A stretch of DNA of 64,000 bases, taken from NCBI GenBank assembly GCA_040220235.1, contig JAVJTO010000071.1. One strand, 5' to 3'. The notes under the pieces were generated by a model. The model saw only the letters and a program-made list of their open reading frames with translations, was not told the DNA's origin and ran no database searches. The stretch's first letter is position 1, and the number at the start of each line of letters is the position of its first letter. The translations under genes and the position numbers were made by a program. This stretch comes from Coleofasciculus sp. B1-GNL1-01. Its GTDB lineage: Bacteria; Cyanobacteriota; Cyanobacteriia; Cyanobacteriales; Coleofasciculaceae. Of the stretch, positions 28,080 to 38,400 are shown one piece after another.

Positions 28080-28114
28080 ATTTTGAATAAAGGGGGGTTT
28101 TGTTGATCAAGTCA

Positions 28115-28252
28115 ATACTTACGCAGTTAACCGATTCATAAGTCCGCTCCCTTGTCTAACCCTCCCCCTGCTTCCCCTGCTCCCCCTGCTTCCCCTGCTC
28201 CCCCTGCTCCCCCTGCTTTTCCTATCTACTATGTTTGAGCGCAACTCGGTAT
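28115..28252. mobile_element. MITE-like shell (ATAC...GCAACTCGGTAT) enclosing a decamer microsatellite
   Basis: Right end matches that of 31619-31746. Confidence 0.5.
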
Positions 28253-28324
28253 TAGTATCTCTCTCAAGCTAGATTGATTCCCAGAAGGGCATCGGCATAA
28301 TGAAGGGAAACAAAAGGAGAACCT

Positions 28325-28990
28325 GTGATGCCAAAGGCTGTTATTTTTGATGTAGACGGCACCTTAGTTGATTCCGTTGATCTGCACGCCCAGGCGTGGG
28401 TTGAAGCGTTTAAACAGTTTGGCTATGATGTGCCTTACGATAAAATCCGTCATCAAATCGGTAAAGGGAGTGACTATATCATCCCTGTCTTTATTTCTCA
28501 AGCGGAATTTGAACGCCTGGGTGAGGATATTGCCAATTATCGCAAAGACTTTTATCAAAAAAATCTTCTATCCCAAGTGCGTCCTTTTGAGGGAGTGCGC
28601 CAACTCTTTAAACGCCTCAAATCAGATGGCAAGCAGGTTGCATTGGCGTCTTCAGCCCGAACGAAAACCCTCAACTATTACAAAGAACTCTTAGAGATTG
28701 AAGATTTAGTGGATGGTGCAACTTCTAGAGATGATGTTGAAAAGCCAAAACCCAATCCCGACATCTTTCAAGCCGCATTAGCTAAGCTGGATGGAGTGAC
28801 GCCCCAAGAGGCGATTGTGGTGGGAGATAGTCCTTATGATGCTCAAGCCGCCTGTAAAATTAACCTAGATGTCATTGGCGTGCTTTGCGGTGGTTTCTCA
28901 GCAGCCGAGTTAAAAGAAGCAGGCTGTATGAGAGTCTATCAAAATCCAGCGGATTTACTCGATAATTATCATCAGTCTCCTTTGATTTAA
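28325..28990 (+). CDS. HAD-superfamily hydrolase (subfamily IA)
   Basis: FDVDGTLVDS, ASS, KPNPD, VGDSPYD. Confidence 0.92.
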   Translation: MMPKAVIFDVDGTLVDSVDLHAQAWVEAFKQFGYDVPYDKIRHQIGKGSDYIIPVFISQAEFERLGEDIANYRKDFYQKNLLSQVRPFEGVRQLFKRLKSDGKQVALASSARTKTLNYYKELLEIEDLVDGATSRDDVEKPKPNPDIFQAALAKLDGVTPQEAIVVGDSPYDAQAACKINLDVIGVLCGGFSAAELKEAGCMRVYQNPADLLDNYHQSPLI

Positions 28991-29056
28991 AGTCTCAGTA
29001 ACAAGAGTTTAGACTAAACCATTGATCTATGTCGTTTGTCTTTTTAAGAAGAGTGG

Positions 29057-29614
29057 CTAATAATAGCTCTTGATTGTGGAAAAATCTGTTGTCCCCTCAC
29101 CACAAGCTAATTCACCATTTTGATAGGTGGGTAAAAGGGGTATGGTTGGACCCGATATATTAGCTTCACAGATAATCGCCAGCATGGTCATTTCATTCGA
29201 TGAAGCATCAGACTCAACTTCATTTAGGGAAACGGAAAAAACACCACCTACATAACTAGGAACATCTTTATCGTGAGATATTACATAGTTAAATGCAGCC
29301 TTGTCAGTTATTCGAGTTGATAATAAATAGTGTTCGGTCTCAGGCTGAACACCCAAACCTAAGTCTTCAAAATCTTTGCTAAATTTTTTTTCTTCCAAAT
29401 AGTAACCTTGCTGAGCGCGGTTCATGGAACCTACCATTGTAGGTTCCTCAAAATTTCTACTGTAAGTAGCTTGGTCAGGGACGAAAACTTTGAACATAAC
29501 CCAAATAAAAACCAATCCGGACAGTGGTAGTAATATGGGAAAGCATCCTAAACCAGTTGATTGATTTGTAGATTTCCTGTCCATAGCATTACTGGTTGAA
29601 CTCAACATCTTCAT
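29057..29614 (-). CDS. Type IV pilin-like G/H family protein
   Basis: 'GSMNRAQQGYYLE', 'SYVGGVF', 'AIICEA...C'; start codon uncertain. Confidence 0.82.
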   Translation of the reverse strand: MKMLSSTSNAMDRKSTNQSTGLGCFPILLPLSGLVFIWVMFKVFVPDQATYSRNFEEPTMVGSMNRAQQGYYLEEKKFSKDFEDLGLGVQPETEHYLLSTRITDKAAFNYVISHDKDVPSYVGGVFSVSLNEVESDASSNEMTMLAIICEANISGPTIPLLPTYQNGELACGEGTTDFSTIKSYY

Positions 29615-29706
29615 TAAATCAGATGAGTTCCCGAGATGTGGACTGATAACTGTCTGTGTAATTAAGCCATCACTAATAGGTTTTAATATCTATCTTACTT
29701 TCACAA

Positions 29707-31539
29707 CTACTGAACTAATTTGCGAATTTTACCATAAGCAATATAGGAACCTCCCTGGGGATTTTCTTTCACCTCATCAACTACATATAACATGCCTTCC
29801 TCTCGAATAGTGCGCGGAAAACGGATATTGTAGTCAGGATTATAGCCATCAGAAACAACTCTGGCTCGCAGTTTTTTCCCGTCCTTGATACACTGAACTA
29901 GAACCCCATCTCCCACCGTATCTGTGGTTTCTAAATCAGCCGCCGTTCCTTGGGCTTTAGCGGTTTGTAATTGTTTAGCTTGGCGGGTTTTTTGAGTGGA
30001 TGCTTTTTCTTCACCCGGTTTAACCAGGCGGCGAATGGTTCCTGAGGCGCGATAAAATGTGCCATTAGCAGAAGGAGTAATTTCATCCACGACATAGGTG
30101 ACACCTTGTTCGCGGATACTGCGGGGAAACTGCACGTTGAAATCCGGATTATATCCCTCAGAAATAACCCGCACTCGTAGCTTACCTCCAACCCGTTCAC
30201 ATTTGACTAAAACACCACTGTCGGGATTCGTCGTTACCTCTAACCCACTAGCAGCACCTGCTGTGGTTCCCCGGAATTTTAAATCTTCGCGATCGCGGGT
30301 TTGGGTTTGATAGGATTGATCGCGCATTTCTTTGCGAATTGCCCGGTCAAATCGTCGATTTTCTAAACATTGGGCATAGTAGTCCAGTTGGGCTATTTCT
30401 TCGGCAATGTCAAAGAATTCGTCTAATGTCTTGCGTTTGAGTTCCTCAATCGTTTCCCGCAGCTTAACCACCGCTTGTTGAAAATCTCCTTTGTCCGCCA
30501 GGGAAACGGCTTCATCTTTTAATTTGGCAATTCTTAACTGAGAGGTTTGTTCCAAGACTTGCGGATCAGGCTGGACGTCTTTGGCTTGTGCTTCTGAACC
30601 GACGGTTAAGGTAATGGAAAACTGATTGCTAATGTCTTGGATACTGCCTTCGACAATGGTTTGATAGTCATACGTCACTGTAGCAATTGTCGTCGTTCCC
30701 GATTGCGATCGCGGGGACACGGTTAAGGGAATTGCTAAGGGCTTTTGTTCAACGCCATACACATCCCCCAAGACAACCTCTACCGTATTACCCACTTGGG
30801 AAAACCGATAATTATTGAGAATCTCGCCAACCTCAACAAATTCTTCTGGTTGTAGCCTCACCCTGAGATTTTGCGCCACAACTGACACCAGACTTTCCAT
30901 CTCAATGTCAAACACTTGGGAGGCATCATCGGGAGACTGAATGAAATAGAAATTCCCCCGGGCAGCCTTTGCCATGTTAATCAGTAAATCTTCGTTAAAA
31001 TTATTACCAAATCCTAAGGTTGTGGTAACAATATCCGCTTCTGCTTTTTCTAAGGCTGTTTTCGTCAGCACTTGCGGATCTTTAATCCCATAATTTGCCA
31101 ATCCATCAGTTAAGAGTAAGACACGATTAATCCGTTCCGGGCTTTGGTTGGCTTGAACTTGAGTACATCCCAACAACCAGCCGCCACTTAAGTTAGTGCA
31201 ACCCCCGGCGCGAATTTTGCCAATTTTAGTTTTCAGGGCGGCTTTATCGCTAACTAATGCTGGGGGAATAATCACCTCGGCGGTGTCATCGTAAATCACT
31301 ACCGAAACAAAATCATCGGGGGTGAGATGATCAATAAGATTTTGGGCGGCTTGAATGGCATATCGTAGCGGCGTTCCTCCCATTGATCCCGACCGATCTA
31401 AGACTAAGCTGAGATTCAGGGGACGACGAGAGGAGTTCTGCTGATTCAACTCCGAGCCTTGAAAGCTAATCAGTAAGTCTACGGTTGAGGGACTGTCTGC
31501 GGCAATTAACGATTGACTGAGGGTGTAACTGGCTTTCAT
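29707..31539 (-). CDS. vWA domain protein with two tandem C-terminal ~80-aa domains
   Basis: MIDAS DRSGS, 'GGCTNLSGG', 'LLTDGLAN', 'GFG..FNEDLL'; duplicated 'GKLR.RV.S.GYNPD.N..FPR.IRE.G..YVVDE'. Confidence 0.88.
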   Translation of the reverse strand: MKASYTLSQSLIAADSPSTVDLLISFQGSELNQQNSSRRPLNLSLVLDRSGSMGGTPLRYAIQAAQNLIDHLTPDDFVSVVIYDDTAEVIIPPALVSDKAALKTKIGKIRAGGCTNLSGGWLLGCTQVQANQSPERINRVLLLTDGLANYGIKDPQVLTKTALEKAEADIVTTTLGFGNNFNEDLLINMAKAARGNFYFIQSPDDASQVFDIEMESLVSVVAQNLRVRLQPEEFVEVGEILNNYRFSQVGNTVEVVLGDVYGVEQKPLAIPLTVSPRSQSGTTTIATVTYDYQTIVEGSIQDISNQFSITLTVGSEAQAKDVQPDPQVLEQTSQLRIAKLKDEAVSLADKGDFQQAVVKLRETIEELKRKTLDEFFDIAEEIAQLDYYAQCLENRRFDRAIRKEMRDQSYQTQTRDREDLKFRGTTAGAASGLEVTTNPDSGVLVKCERVGGKLRVRVISEGYNPDFNVQFPRSIREQGVTYVVDEITPSANGTFYRASGTIRRLVKPGEEKASTQKTRQAKQLQTAKAQGTAADLETTDTVGDGVLVQCIKDGKKLRARVVSDGYNPDYNIRFPRTIREEGMLYVVDEVKENPQGGSYIAYGKIRKLVQ

Positions 31540-31618
31540 ATCCACCGATTGGCATTAAAGGTTTAGATGACATTATTTCATTTTAGTTTAACTAATTAAA
31601 AACAAGGGCTGGGATGTC

Positions 31619-31746
31619 ATACCAAGTTGCAGTCTAATGTAGAACTTTCTTTTTCTCCCTATCTCCCTATCTCCCTATCTCCCCCTCACCCTCTCACCCT
31701 CTCACCCCATCTACTCTATCTGCTATCTTTGAACGCAACTTGGTAT
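31619..31746. mobile_element. MITE-like element with 12-bp terminal inverted repeats ATACCAAGTTGC enclosing pyrimidine-rich microsatellites
   Basis: ataccaagttgc...gcaacttggtat read directly. Confidence 0.75.
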
Positions 31747-31781
31747 CAGGGAGACGTTCCCAGGGAATGTCTCTACCGTTG

Positions 31782-34037
31782 TTAATCTTCGTCATCGTCA
31801 TAAATGAAATCGGGCGGCGGTGGAATATCGGGAACGAGTTCAATTGTCATTCCTTGTTCAAACATGCAGGAATCTATATCCTCTTCGTCTAAGATTACCT
31901 CCCGATGCGCCCAAGCTAAACCTTGATTGGGAAGTTTTATTTCTATCCAGCCGCCTTTGGTTTGTTTGCCTGTGATTGGGACTTGTTCTCTAGTTAAATA
32001 GGTAATCACATTATCGCGAAATGATGCTGGGTCAGAACGAACATTTCCGGTAACAATCACTGAACAAGTGGCAGGTTCGGGCGATGGTTTAGGTTCAGGA
32101 GAGGGAGAAGGCGATGGGGAGGGACTGGAAGTAGCACCGTTGGGGGATTTTGTCGCTGTGGGAGAAGTAGTTGGTGATGATACAACGGTATCCGTTGCAT
32201 CGGTTGACGGTTGTACGGCGGCACGATTAAATAAACTAATCAGTAGAGCTAATGTAGCTAAACCGCCACCAATTCCTGCCCAAAGGAGGAGTTTATTGGA
32301 GGATTTAGAAACGGCGGGTTCAGGATTTAAGAAATTGCTAAGATTTGATGATACTTGAACGCCAGAAGTCGGTTCGGTTTCCGGTTCGTCTGGCGTTTGC
32401 ATATACCATTCGGGGATAGAATTGGGTTTTAATGAGAGTCGATCAGGTTGATTGTTATTGGATGCCGTTGACTCTTGGGTTGGTTCAGGATTAATGGAGT
32501 CAAAGGTGGATGAGGGCGCGATCGCACTCTCCTGTTGTGGCGATGGAACCTCTGGCGGTGTGGAGGCGTAGACGGGTGGTGCTGTGGGATCAAGGGGTTG
32601 GTTGGCTGGGACAGTATCTTCTAGTTGGGGTGATACTTCCATCGGTGTGGATGACGGGATAGGGGGTGCTGAGGAATCAAGGGGTTGGTTGGCTGAGACA
32701 CTATCCTCGGCTTCAGGTGACACTTCCCCAGGTTTAGAGGCTGACACAGGGGGTGCTGTGGGTTCAACGGATTGAGTCGGTGGAACGTTATCCCCGGATT
32801 GGGGTAACATCTCTCTCGGTGTGGAGGCGTCGCTGGTTTCTTCTTGATCTCGTTGATCCCGAATGAGTGAAACAGAACGCCGACTGAGAGAGTCTCGAAT
32901 GTCTGTTCCGCCGCGTCTTTCCATATCGGAATCACTGTCGAGATTCGGTTGGGACGCCAAGCGAGATTGCTTTTGGGATAGGATTATTTCTTCGGTGTCT
33001 TTAATATCTTGATCTCTCAATCCTAAAGACTGTTGCAAATCTTTTAAGAGTTTACGAGACTTGGGATTAAGTGAATTATCGGCTCGGAAAACTTCCCGAA
33101 ACGCTTGTTTATATCGCTGTAATTTTTCCTGATACTCGCGATAGGGAGTTAACACTTGGGCTTCTATCGCCGCACAATCGGCTGGAGTGAGATGTAGACT
33201 TTGGGCTAATGTATCCAGAGCCGAACGACCCCCAACAGAAATTTCACCCCCTCTAATCCAGCGCTGTGCTTCTTTACGATACTTTAAGGTGAGACGATTT
33301 AGGGGGACTTGACTCAGGGCGATCGCTTGATAGGGTTCGCTAGCATATAATCTAGGTTTTAAAGCGGGAGCAACGATTTTAAGCTGCTGAGAAACATAGT
33401 CATGAAGTTCCTTGACACAAATCCAATCATCGTGATTGCGATCGGCGAGTCCTGTTGCGAGTCCTTCGATTAAGTAACGAGTGTAATCCGAGGGTTGAGA
33501 GGATTTGGATTGGTTAAAATAGGGAATGGAACTAAAACAGCTTAGAAACGCCCACTTTTCACCCGTCAGTTGTTGTTTTATCCCGCCTTCATTATAGTCG
33601 TTTGCGGTTATTTCCCAATCCAAAATATTGCTACAATAACCGTCGATAATCACAATATTCTGCGGACAGGGACTGTTGCTAAGTATATCCTGGATTAAAC
33701 AAGCTGGAACAACGGTTGCCTTAACTAATTCTTTTTGCGAATGCTCATCGCTCATGCGAGTGGCAGTGATGCTAGTTCCTAAATATACAGTATCGTGATA
33801 ATCTTGGATACATTGACCCGAAAAAAATAGCAACACTACATCTTCCTCGCCACGCTTACTCAACAGCGTTTCGAGAGTTTCCCGCATCACGGGAGGATTC
33901 GGATTGATCAGCGTTTCTATCTCGTCAAAAGAATACTGCAAAACACGTTGCATCGCTTCAACAGCGTTAACGGCTCCGGGTACGGGGTGAAAACCATAGC
34001 CGTACTCACTTACCCCAATCAGCAATGCTATTTTCAC
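31782..34037 (-). CDS. Caspase-like (peptidase C14) protein with substituted catalytic dyad, Pro-rich repeats, TM helix and SH3-like C-terminus
   Basis: 'KIALLIGVSEY', 'LLFFSGQC', 'IIDGYCS', 'YTRYLIEGLATG.AD...D.WI...ELHDYV'; 'NVRSDP...GW.EI....G.AW.HR'. Confidence 0.82.
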   Translation of the reverse strand: MKIALLIGVSEYGYGFHPVPGAVNAVEAMQRVLQYSFDEIETLINPNPPVMRETLETLLSKRGEEDVVLLFFSGQCIQDYHDTVYLGTSITATRMSDEHSQKELVKATVVPACLIQDILSNSPCPQNIVIIDGYCSNILDWEITANDYNEGGIKQQLTGEKWAFLSCFSSIPYFNQSKSSQPSDYTRYLIEGLATGLADRNHDDWICVKELHDYVSQQLKIVAPALKPRLYASEPYQAIALSQVPLNRLTLKYRKEAQRWIRGGEISVGGRSALDTLAQSLHLTPADCAAIEAQVLTPYREYQEKLQRYKQAFREVFRADNSLNPKSRKLLKDLQQSLGLRDQDIKDTEEIILSQKQSRLASQPNLDSDSDMERRGGTDIRDSLSRRSVSLIRDQRDQEETSDASTPREMLPQSGDNVPPTQSVEPTAPPVSASKPGEVSPEAEDSVSANQPLDSSAPPIPSSTPMEVSPQLEDTVPANQPLDPTAPPVYASTPPEVPSPQQESAIAPSSTFDSINPEPTQESTASNNNQPDRLSLKPNSIPEWYMQTPDEPETEPTSGVQVSSNLSNFLNPEPAVSKSSNKLLLWAGIGGGLATLALLISLFNRAAVQPSTDATDTVVSSPTTSPTATKSPNGATSSPSPSPSPSPEPKPSPEPATCSVIVTGNVRSDPASFRDNVITYLTREQVPITGKQTKGGWIEIKLPNQGLAWAHREVILDEEDIDSCMFEQGMTIELVPDIPPPPDFIYDDDED

Positions 34038-34820
34038 AACTGGTGATTCCCTAGACTGCTACAACGTTTTGTGCTGCCTAAATTACTACCTTCAAGATTT
34101 TTTCAGGCAATTAGTGACCCTAAGTTGGAAGTCACTTGCCTGACTAAGCGGTTGTACATTTTATCTGCTATTGTTATGGGTTTTGTCCGTTATTGCGGAA
34201 TCAACTGACCCTGTCCTTACCCTGCAAACAGCCAGGATGTCAAGGCAGACCTTGAAATGTGTGTTAGCTTAGACTCTTGATGGTTGTCGTTGAGTACACC
34301 CTCTTTAAACCTTTACTTCTGTTAAATCCGGATAGACAGGCAGATATCTACCGAAAGGCTAATTTTTTGGGTCTATTTACAAACCTATACATTGATCGTA
34401 AACTATATTTTTTTATGTGGCTACTCTGGCTTTTTTTCTTGTGGCTAGAGTTTGTGGCAATTTGATAGCCAAAATCAAATCCCCCAAGACCATTTATCCA
34501 GTTGTTAAATGGTTTCAGACATTTACCAGGTATCCAGGTAGGGGGCATATTAGGTTAGAGTCATAAAAATCACCCGATTGGTAGACTCCGGAGATAAAAA
34601 AATGTCCCTATTAATTTTTGATCAGAGTGTAATTAGGGGGTGCTGAATAAGTGTTGTGGTGAGGGGAAGCTGGGGGATCTGGGGGAGCAAGGGCACATTT
34701 TTCCTGAGCAAGGTGATGCCATACTTATGAAGAATACTACCCGATTTGCTTGAATCAAACTCTCTGTCAATAAAGCTCAAAGTATTGATGGCTAATGGTT
34801 TTGGCTTTGTGCAGCAAGCC

Positions 34821-36971
34821 CTAAGTATCTTGCTTAAGTACAACTAACGTAATATCGTCAAAAACCTTTTGTTTGCCAATAAATTGCCGCACATCATCAA
34901 TAATCGCATCTTTAATGGCTTCGGCGGATTTATCCCAGTTTTGACAAATCACATCACACAATCGATCTAACCCGTATTGTTCATTCTCCATATTTTCAGC
35001 TTCAGGAATACCATCGGTGTAAAGGACAATGCTGTCACCGGGATTTAATTCAATTAACGCCCGATCAATAAAATCAGCAATTTCATCATCTAAGGCGATC
35101 GGAAATCCCAAATCCATGGTATCAATTCGTTCAATAATTCCCCCAGCACGCACCACGATAGATTCTTCATGTTGACCACTGATACTAACTTTGCCATCGG
35201 TATAGTTGAGAATGGCTAAGGTCAAGTTGCGATCCGAATTCATCCGTTGCACATTTTTGTAAAGCGTGCGGTTGAGGGTATCCAGAAACTTAACGGGATC
35301 ACGTTCCCGAATTTCATCGAGGGTGCGAACAACGGTTTGGGTCATCATCATTAAAATACCACTTTCTAACCCATGTCCGGTTACATCGCCAATGCCAATG
35401 GTGACGACATTATCCGTGCAGAGGATGTCATAGTAATCGCCGCCAACTTCATCAGCCGGTTCCATAAACCCAGCCAGATCTAATCCTTCAATGGCTTCTA
35501 ATTCCTCAGACGTGGGCAGGATCATATATTGCAGTTGACGGGCGACATCAAGTTCGGCACTCATCCGCAGGTTTTCGGCTTTGAGTTTTTCGTTGAGTTG
35601 ACTAATTTCCTCATTCGCTTGGGCGAGTTCAGCGGTGCGTTCTTTAACTTTATCTTCTAAGTTATGGGCATAATCTTCTAATTTCTGATAGGAAATCATC
35701 AGATTTTGCCACAAAACCTGACCGACGCTCAAGGTAGCCGCAACAACTACGGCTAATAAAGGCGTAAACACAGGAACTAACCAACCGTAGAGAAAAGCAA
35801 AATAGGAACTGGCAACAATAATTCCTACCGCGATCAATAACCCACCAAGCGTTAGCCAGCGTCGGTGGATATAGAATGAGCCAAGGGTGGCACTGTATCC
35901 TGACCAAACAACAATCAGTAGCCAGTGTATGGGTTTCGTGGTTGCCCGTAACATCGGACGCCCTGATAGAGCGGCGCTGAGAATCTGACTGGTGATATTC
36001 GCATGGATGACCACACCGGGCATTAAATCCGTGGAGACAGCTAGATTGCTATTATAAGGGGTGAGATAGTTATCATTAAGACTAGGCGCTTTTGCCCCAA
36101 TCAAAACGATGCGATCGCGGAAGAAGTTTGCTGGGATGCGGTTCTCCAAGACATCGGTCATGGAAATATTCGGAAAGCGATCCAGTCCGCCGCGATAGTT
36201 CATCAGGATTTGATACCAACCCAAATCCGATTCTTTGTAGAATCCATCATTTTTACTCAGGGGAATAAAGGTGGCTTTTCCTAAACCGAAGATTTGTTTG
36301 TCAGGATTGATCGCTTCCAATTCAATCCCTTGGTCGGCTAAATAGTCTAAAGCCAGTTTTACACTAAAGCCTTGCATTAAACCACTTTCAGCTTCACCGA
36401 GGACAAGAGCGCGGCGATTTTTGCCATCGTTATCCAGGAACAGATCGTTAGCCCCCATTTGATCTTTATCGGCTAATGTGGGTGGCGGGTCGATGGTATC
36501 TCCGGCAATTTTGGTAATTCCAATGAGGTTTGGGGTGGTTTTAAACACCTCAACTAGGTCTTCATATCCCGGTTCTACGGGTAAATCTCGATAAATATCT
36601 AACCCGATCACGTTGGGGTTTTGGGCATTAATAGTCCGGAGCAGTTTTGCCATGACTTGATCGGACATGGGCCACTGCACCACATAATCAATATCTTCTT
36701 CATCAATCGTGACGATAGCAATTCGCTCATCAACGGGTTCTTGGGGACGCAGGAGAAAGAATTGATCTAAAATCAACCATTCTAAAACCCGAAAAATCCC
36801 CAAATAACTGCCAGCAATAATGAAACCTGCCACACAAGGCGTAATCAGCAAAACCCCTTGCCAGCGTTGCAATAATGCCTGTAGAGACGTGTCAGGGTTC
36901 ATCTTAATTGTTGACCCCTCACCTTGTTCAATGGCTTGATTTTCCGTCTTGGTTAATGAGTCATCACTCAT
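34821..36971 (-). CDS. CHASE2 sensor, three TM helices, coiled coil, SpoIIE/PP2C phosphatase
   Basis: 'IAIVTIDEEDI...WP', 'IGLDIYRD', 'RIVLIGA', 'MPGVVIHA'; 'VGGDYYD', 'GDVTGHG', 'LYTDG', 'DDITLVV'. Confidence 0.93.
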   Translation of the reverse strand: MSDDSLTKTENQAIEQGEGSTIKMNPDTSLQALLQRWQGVLLITPCVAGFIIAGSYLGIFRVLEWLILDQFFLLRPQEPVDERIAIVTIDEEDIDYVVQWPMSDQVMAKLLRTINAQNPNVIGLDIYRDLPVEPGYEDLVEVFKTTPNLIGITKIAGDTIDPPPTLADKDQMGANDLFLDNDGKNRRALVLGEAESGLMQGFSVKLALDYLADQGIELEAINPDKQIFGLGKATFIPLSKNDGFYKESDLGWYQILMNYRGGLDRFPNISMTDVLENRIPANFFRDRIVLIGAKAPSLNDNYLTPYNSNLAVSTDLMPGVVIHANITSQILSAALSGRPMLRATTKPIHWLLIVVWSGYSATLGSFYIHRRWLTLGGLLIAVGIIVASSYFAFLYGWLVPVFTPLLAVVVAATLSVGQVLWQNLMISYQKLEDYAHNLEDKVKERTAELAQANEEISQLNEKLKAENLRMSAELDVARQLQYMILPTSEELEAIEGLDLAGFMEPADEVGGDYYDILCTDNVVTIGIGDVTGHGLESGILMMMTQTVVRTLDEIRERDPVKFLDTLNRTLYKNVQRMNSDRNLTLAILNYTDGKVSISGQHEESIVVRAGGIIERIDTMDLGFPIALDDEIADFIDRALIELNPGDSIVLYTDGIPEAENMENEQYGLDRLCDVICQNWDKSAEAIKDAIIDDVRQFIGKQKVFDDITLVVLKQDT

Positions 36972-37028
36972 GATATGTTCCCCCTGCTCCCAGACGCGCC
37001 ATGGCGCGTCTCTACATTTCTCTGTCTT

Positions 37029-38372
37029 CTACTCAAAGGCAAAGGGTTGAGACGCGATCGCTTCCAGGTCAACTTGTTCTAATAAATCGTGCCATTCGGT
37101 ACTATAGGTTTCATTCATCGGTTCAGATTGTTGAGCCTCAACTAAAACCTGCAACGTATCATACCAGATCCCTGCCTCGGCATATTTAGTTGCCAGCTTC
37201 ACAGGAGAGTCCGCAAACTCTTGCTCATTGACTGTATTTTCAACCCGCTTCACCCATCCCGTCACCGCATAATTATCGGGTCGTAAAATTCCACCCGGTT
37301 CAATGGGGGCAAAATACCACAAATAATTCTTATCGATTTCCAATCCCGGTGTGTCTGGGGGTAGGGTAATCGCCATGACTCCACCTTGGGGAGGGACATT
37401 CAATATGGTGTGGTAATGAGAATTCCCCGCTTCATCTTGGATACTAAAAAAGACCTTCCGTGCGCCAATAGGAGGTAAATAAACATAGATTGTGGGACGA
37501 GGTGAAACCGTGCGTCCATGTTTCGTCGGCGGAACTAATGCGGTAAGTGCAGGAATGTCACTGACCGGATTTTCTTCTAATGTTTCTACATCCACTGGGG
37601 TTGGGGGAACTGAATCTTCACTGGGGAGAAATAGTTCAACATCACCTCGGATACCCCCACCAGTGCTGGTATAGGGGTTTTTCCCATCAGCCGGTAAGCT
37701 AAACTCCACATCTCCTCTAGTTCCACCCGCCACACCACTACGGGGTGCGGAACCACCAGGTAAGCTAAATTCCACATCTCCTCTAGTTCCCCCAGCCACA
37801 CCACTACGGGGTGCAGAACCACCCGGTAAAGCAAACTGCACATCTCCCCTGACGCCTCCAGCTACACCACTCTGAGGTGCAGCACCACCCGGTAAAGCAA
37901 ACTGCACATCTCCTCTAGTTCCTCCAGCTACGCCACTCCGAGGTGCAGCACCGCCAGGTAAAGCAAACTGTACATCCCCTCTGACGCCTCCAGCCACACC
38001 ACTACGGGGTGCGGAACCGCCAGGTAAAGCAAATTGCACATCTCCTCTGACGCCCCCACCAATACCACTACGGGGTGCAGAATCTTGGGGAAGTCCAAAC
38101 TGCACATCCCCTCTGACACCCCCACCAACACCCGAACGAGGCGCAGAATCTTGGGGAAGACCAAACTGTACCTGACCTCGTACCCCCCCACCAACAGGGC
38201 TTTTCGGAACATTATCGTCGGGAAGACTGAAGTCTATACTGATCAGGTTATCGTTGATGGGAGGTTCCGACTCTAAGGGGACAAAACGTGCTAAAGCAGC
38301 ATTAGCTGTTAATACGAAGACTGTCCCCGTTACTGTAGCGGATAAGAGAGTTTGGCAGATTGCTGGAGTCAT
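37029..38372 (-). CDS. DUF928 domain protein with an expanded N-terminal repeat array
   Basis: Signal peptide; 'LTALVP...G.T.S.RPT.YVYLP', 'Y.WYF', 'GWVKRV', 'YAEAGIWYDTL', 'W..LLEQV.L'; TTG 38378 is an alternative start. Confidence 0.9.
   Translation of the reverse strand: MTPAICQTLLSATVTGTVFVLTANAALARFVPLESEPPINDNLISIDFSLPDDNVPKSPVGGGVRGQVQFGLPQDSAPRSGVGGGVRGDVQFGLPQDSAPRSGIGGGVRGDVQFALPGGSAPRSGVAGGVRGDVQFALPGGAAPRSGVAGGTRGDVQFALPGGAAPQSGVAGGVRGDVQFALPGGSAPRSGVAGGTRGDVEFSLPGGSAPRSGVAGGTRGDVEFSLPADGKNPYTSTGGGIRGDVELFLPSEDSVPPTPVDVETLEENPVSDIPALTALVPPTKHGRTVSPRPTIYVYLPPIGARKVFFSIQDEAGNSHYHTILNVPPQGGVMAITLPPDTPGLEIDKNYLWYFAPIEPGGILRPDNYAVTGWVKRVENTVNEQEFADSPVKLATKYAEAGIWYDTLQVLVEAQQSEPMNETYSTEWHDLLEQVDLEAIASQPFAFE
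37644..38240 (-). repeat. Nine tandem 66-bp (22-aa) coding repeats, consensus DVQFALPGGSAPRSGVAGG[VT]RG
   Basis: Counted in the translation, aa 47-245 of the 449-aa ORF; last unit is 23 aa. Confidence 0.92.
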
Positions 38373-38400
38373 GGTCAACTTTCCTTGAATGCTTAATAGC

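Noticed and set aside
34040..34820. Small ORFs or an ncRNA in the 780-bp intergenic gap
   Set aside because: ORFs overlap on opposite strands with no motifs; only a weak hairpin near 34107-34140; no RNA family recognisable
37644..38240. CRISPR array (66-bp period)
   Set aside because: No repeat-spacer alternation; in-frame coding repeats with synonymous variation; no cas genes
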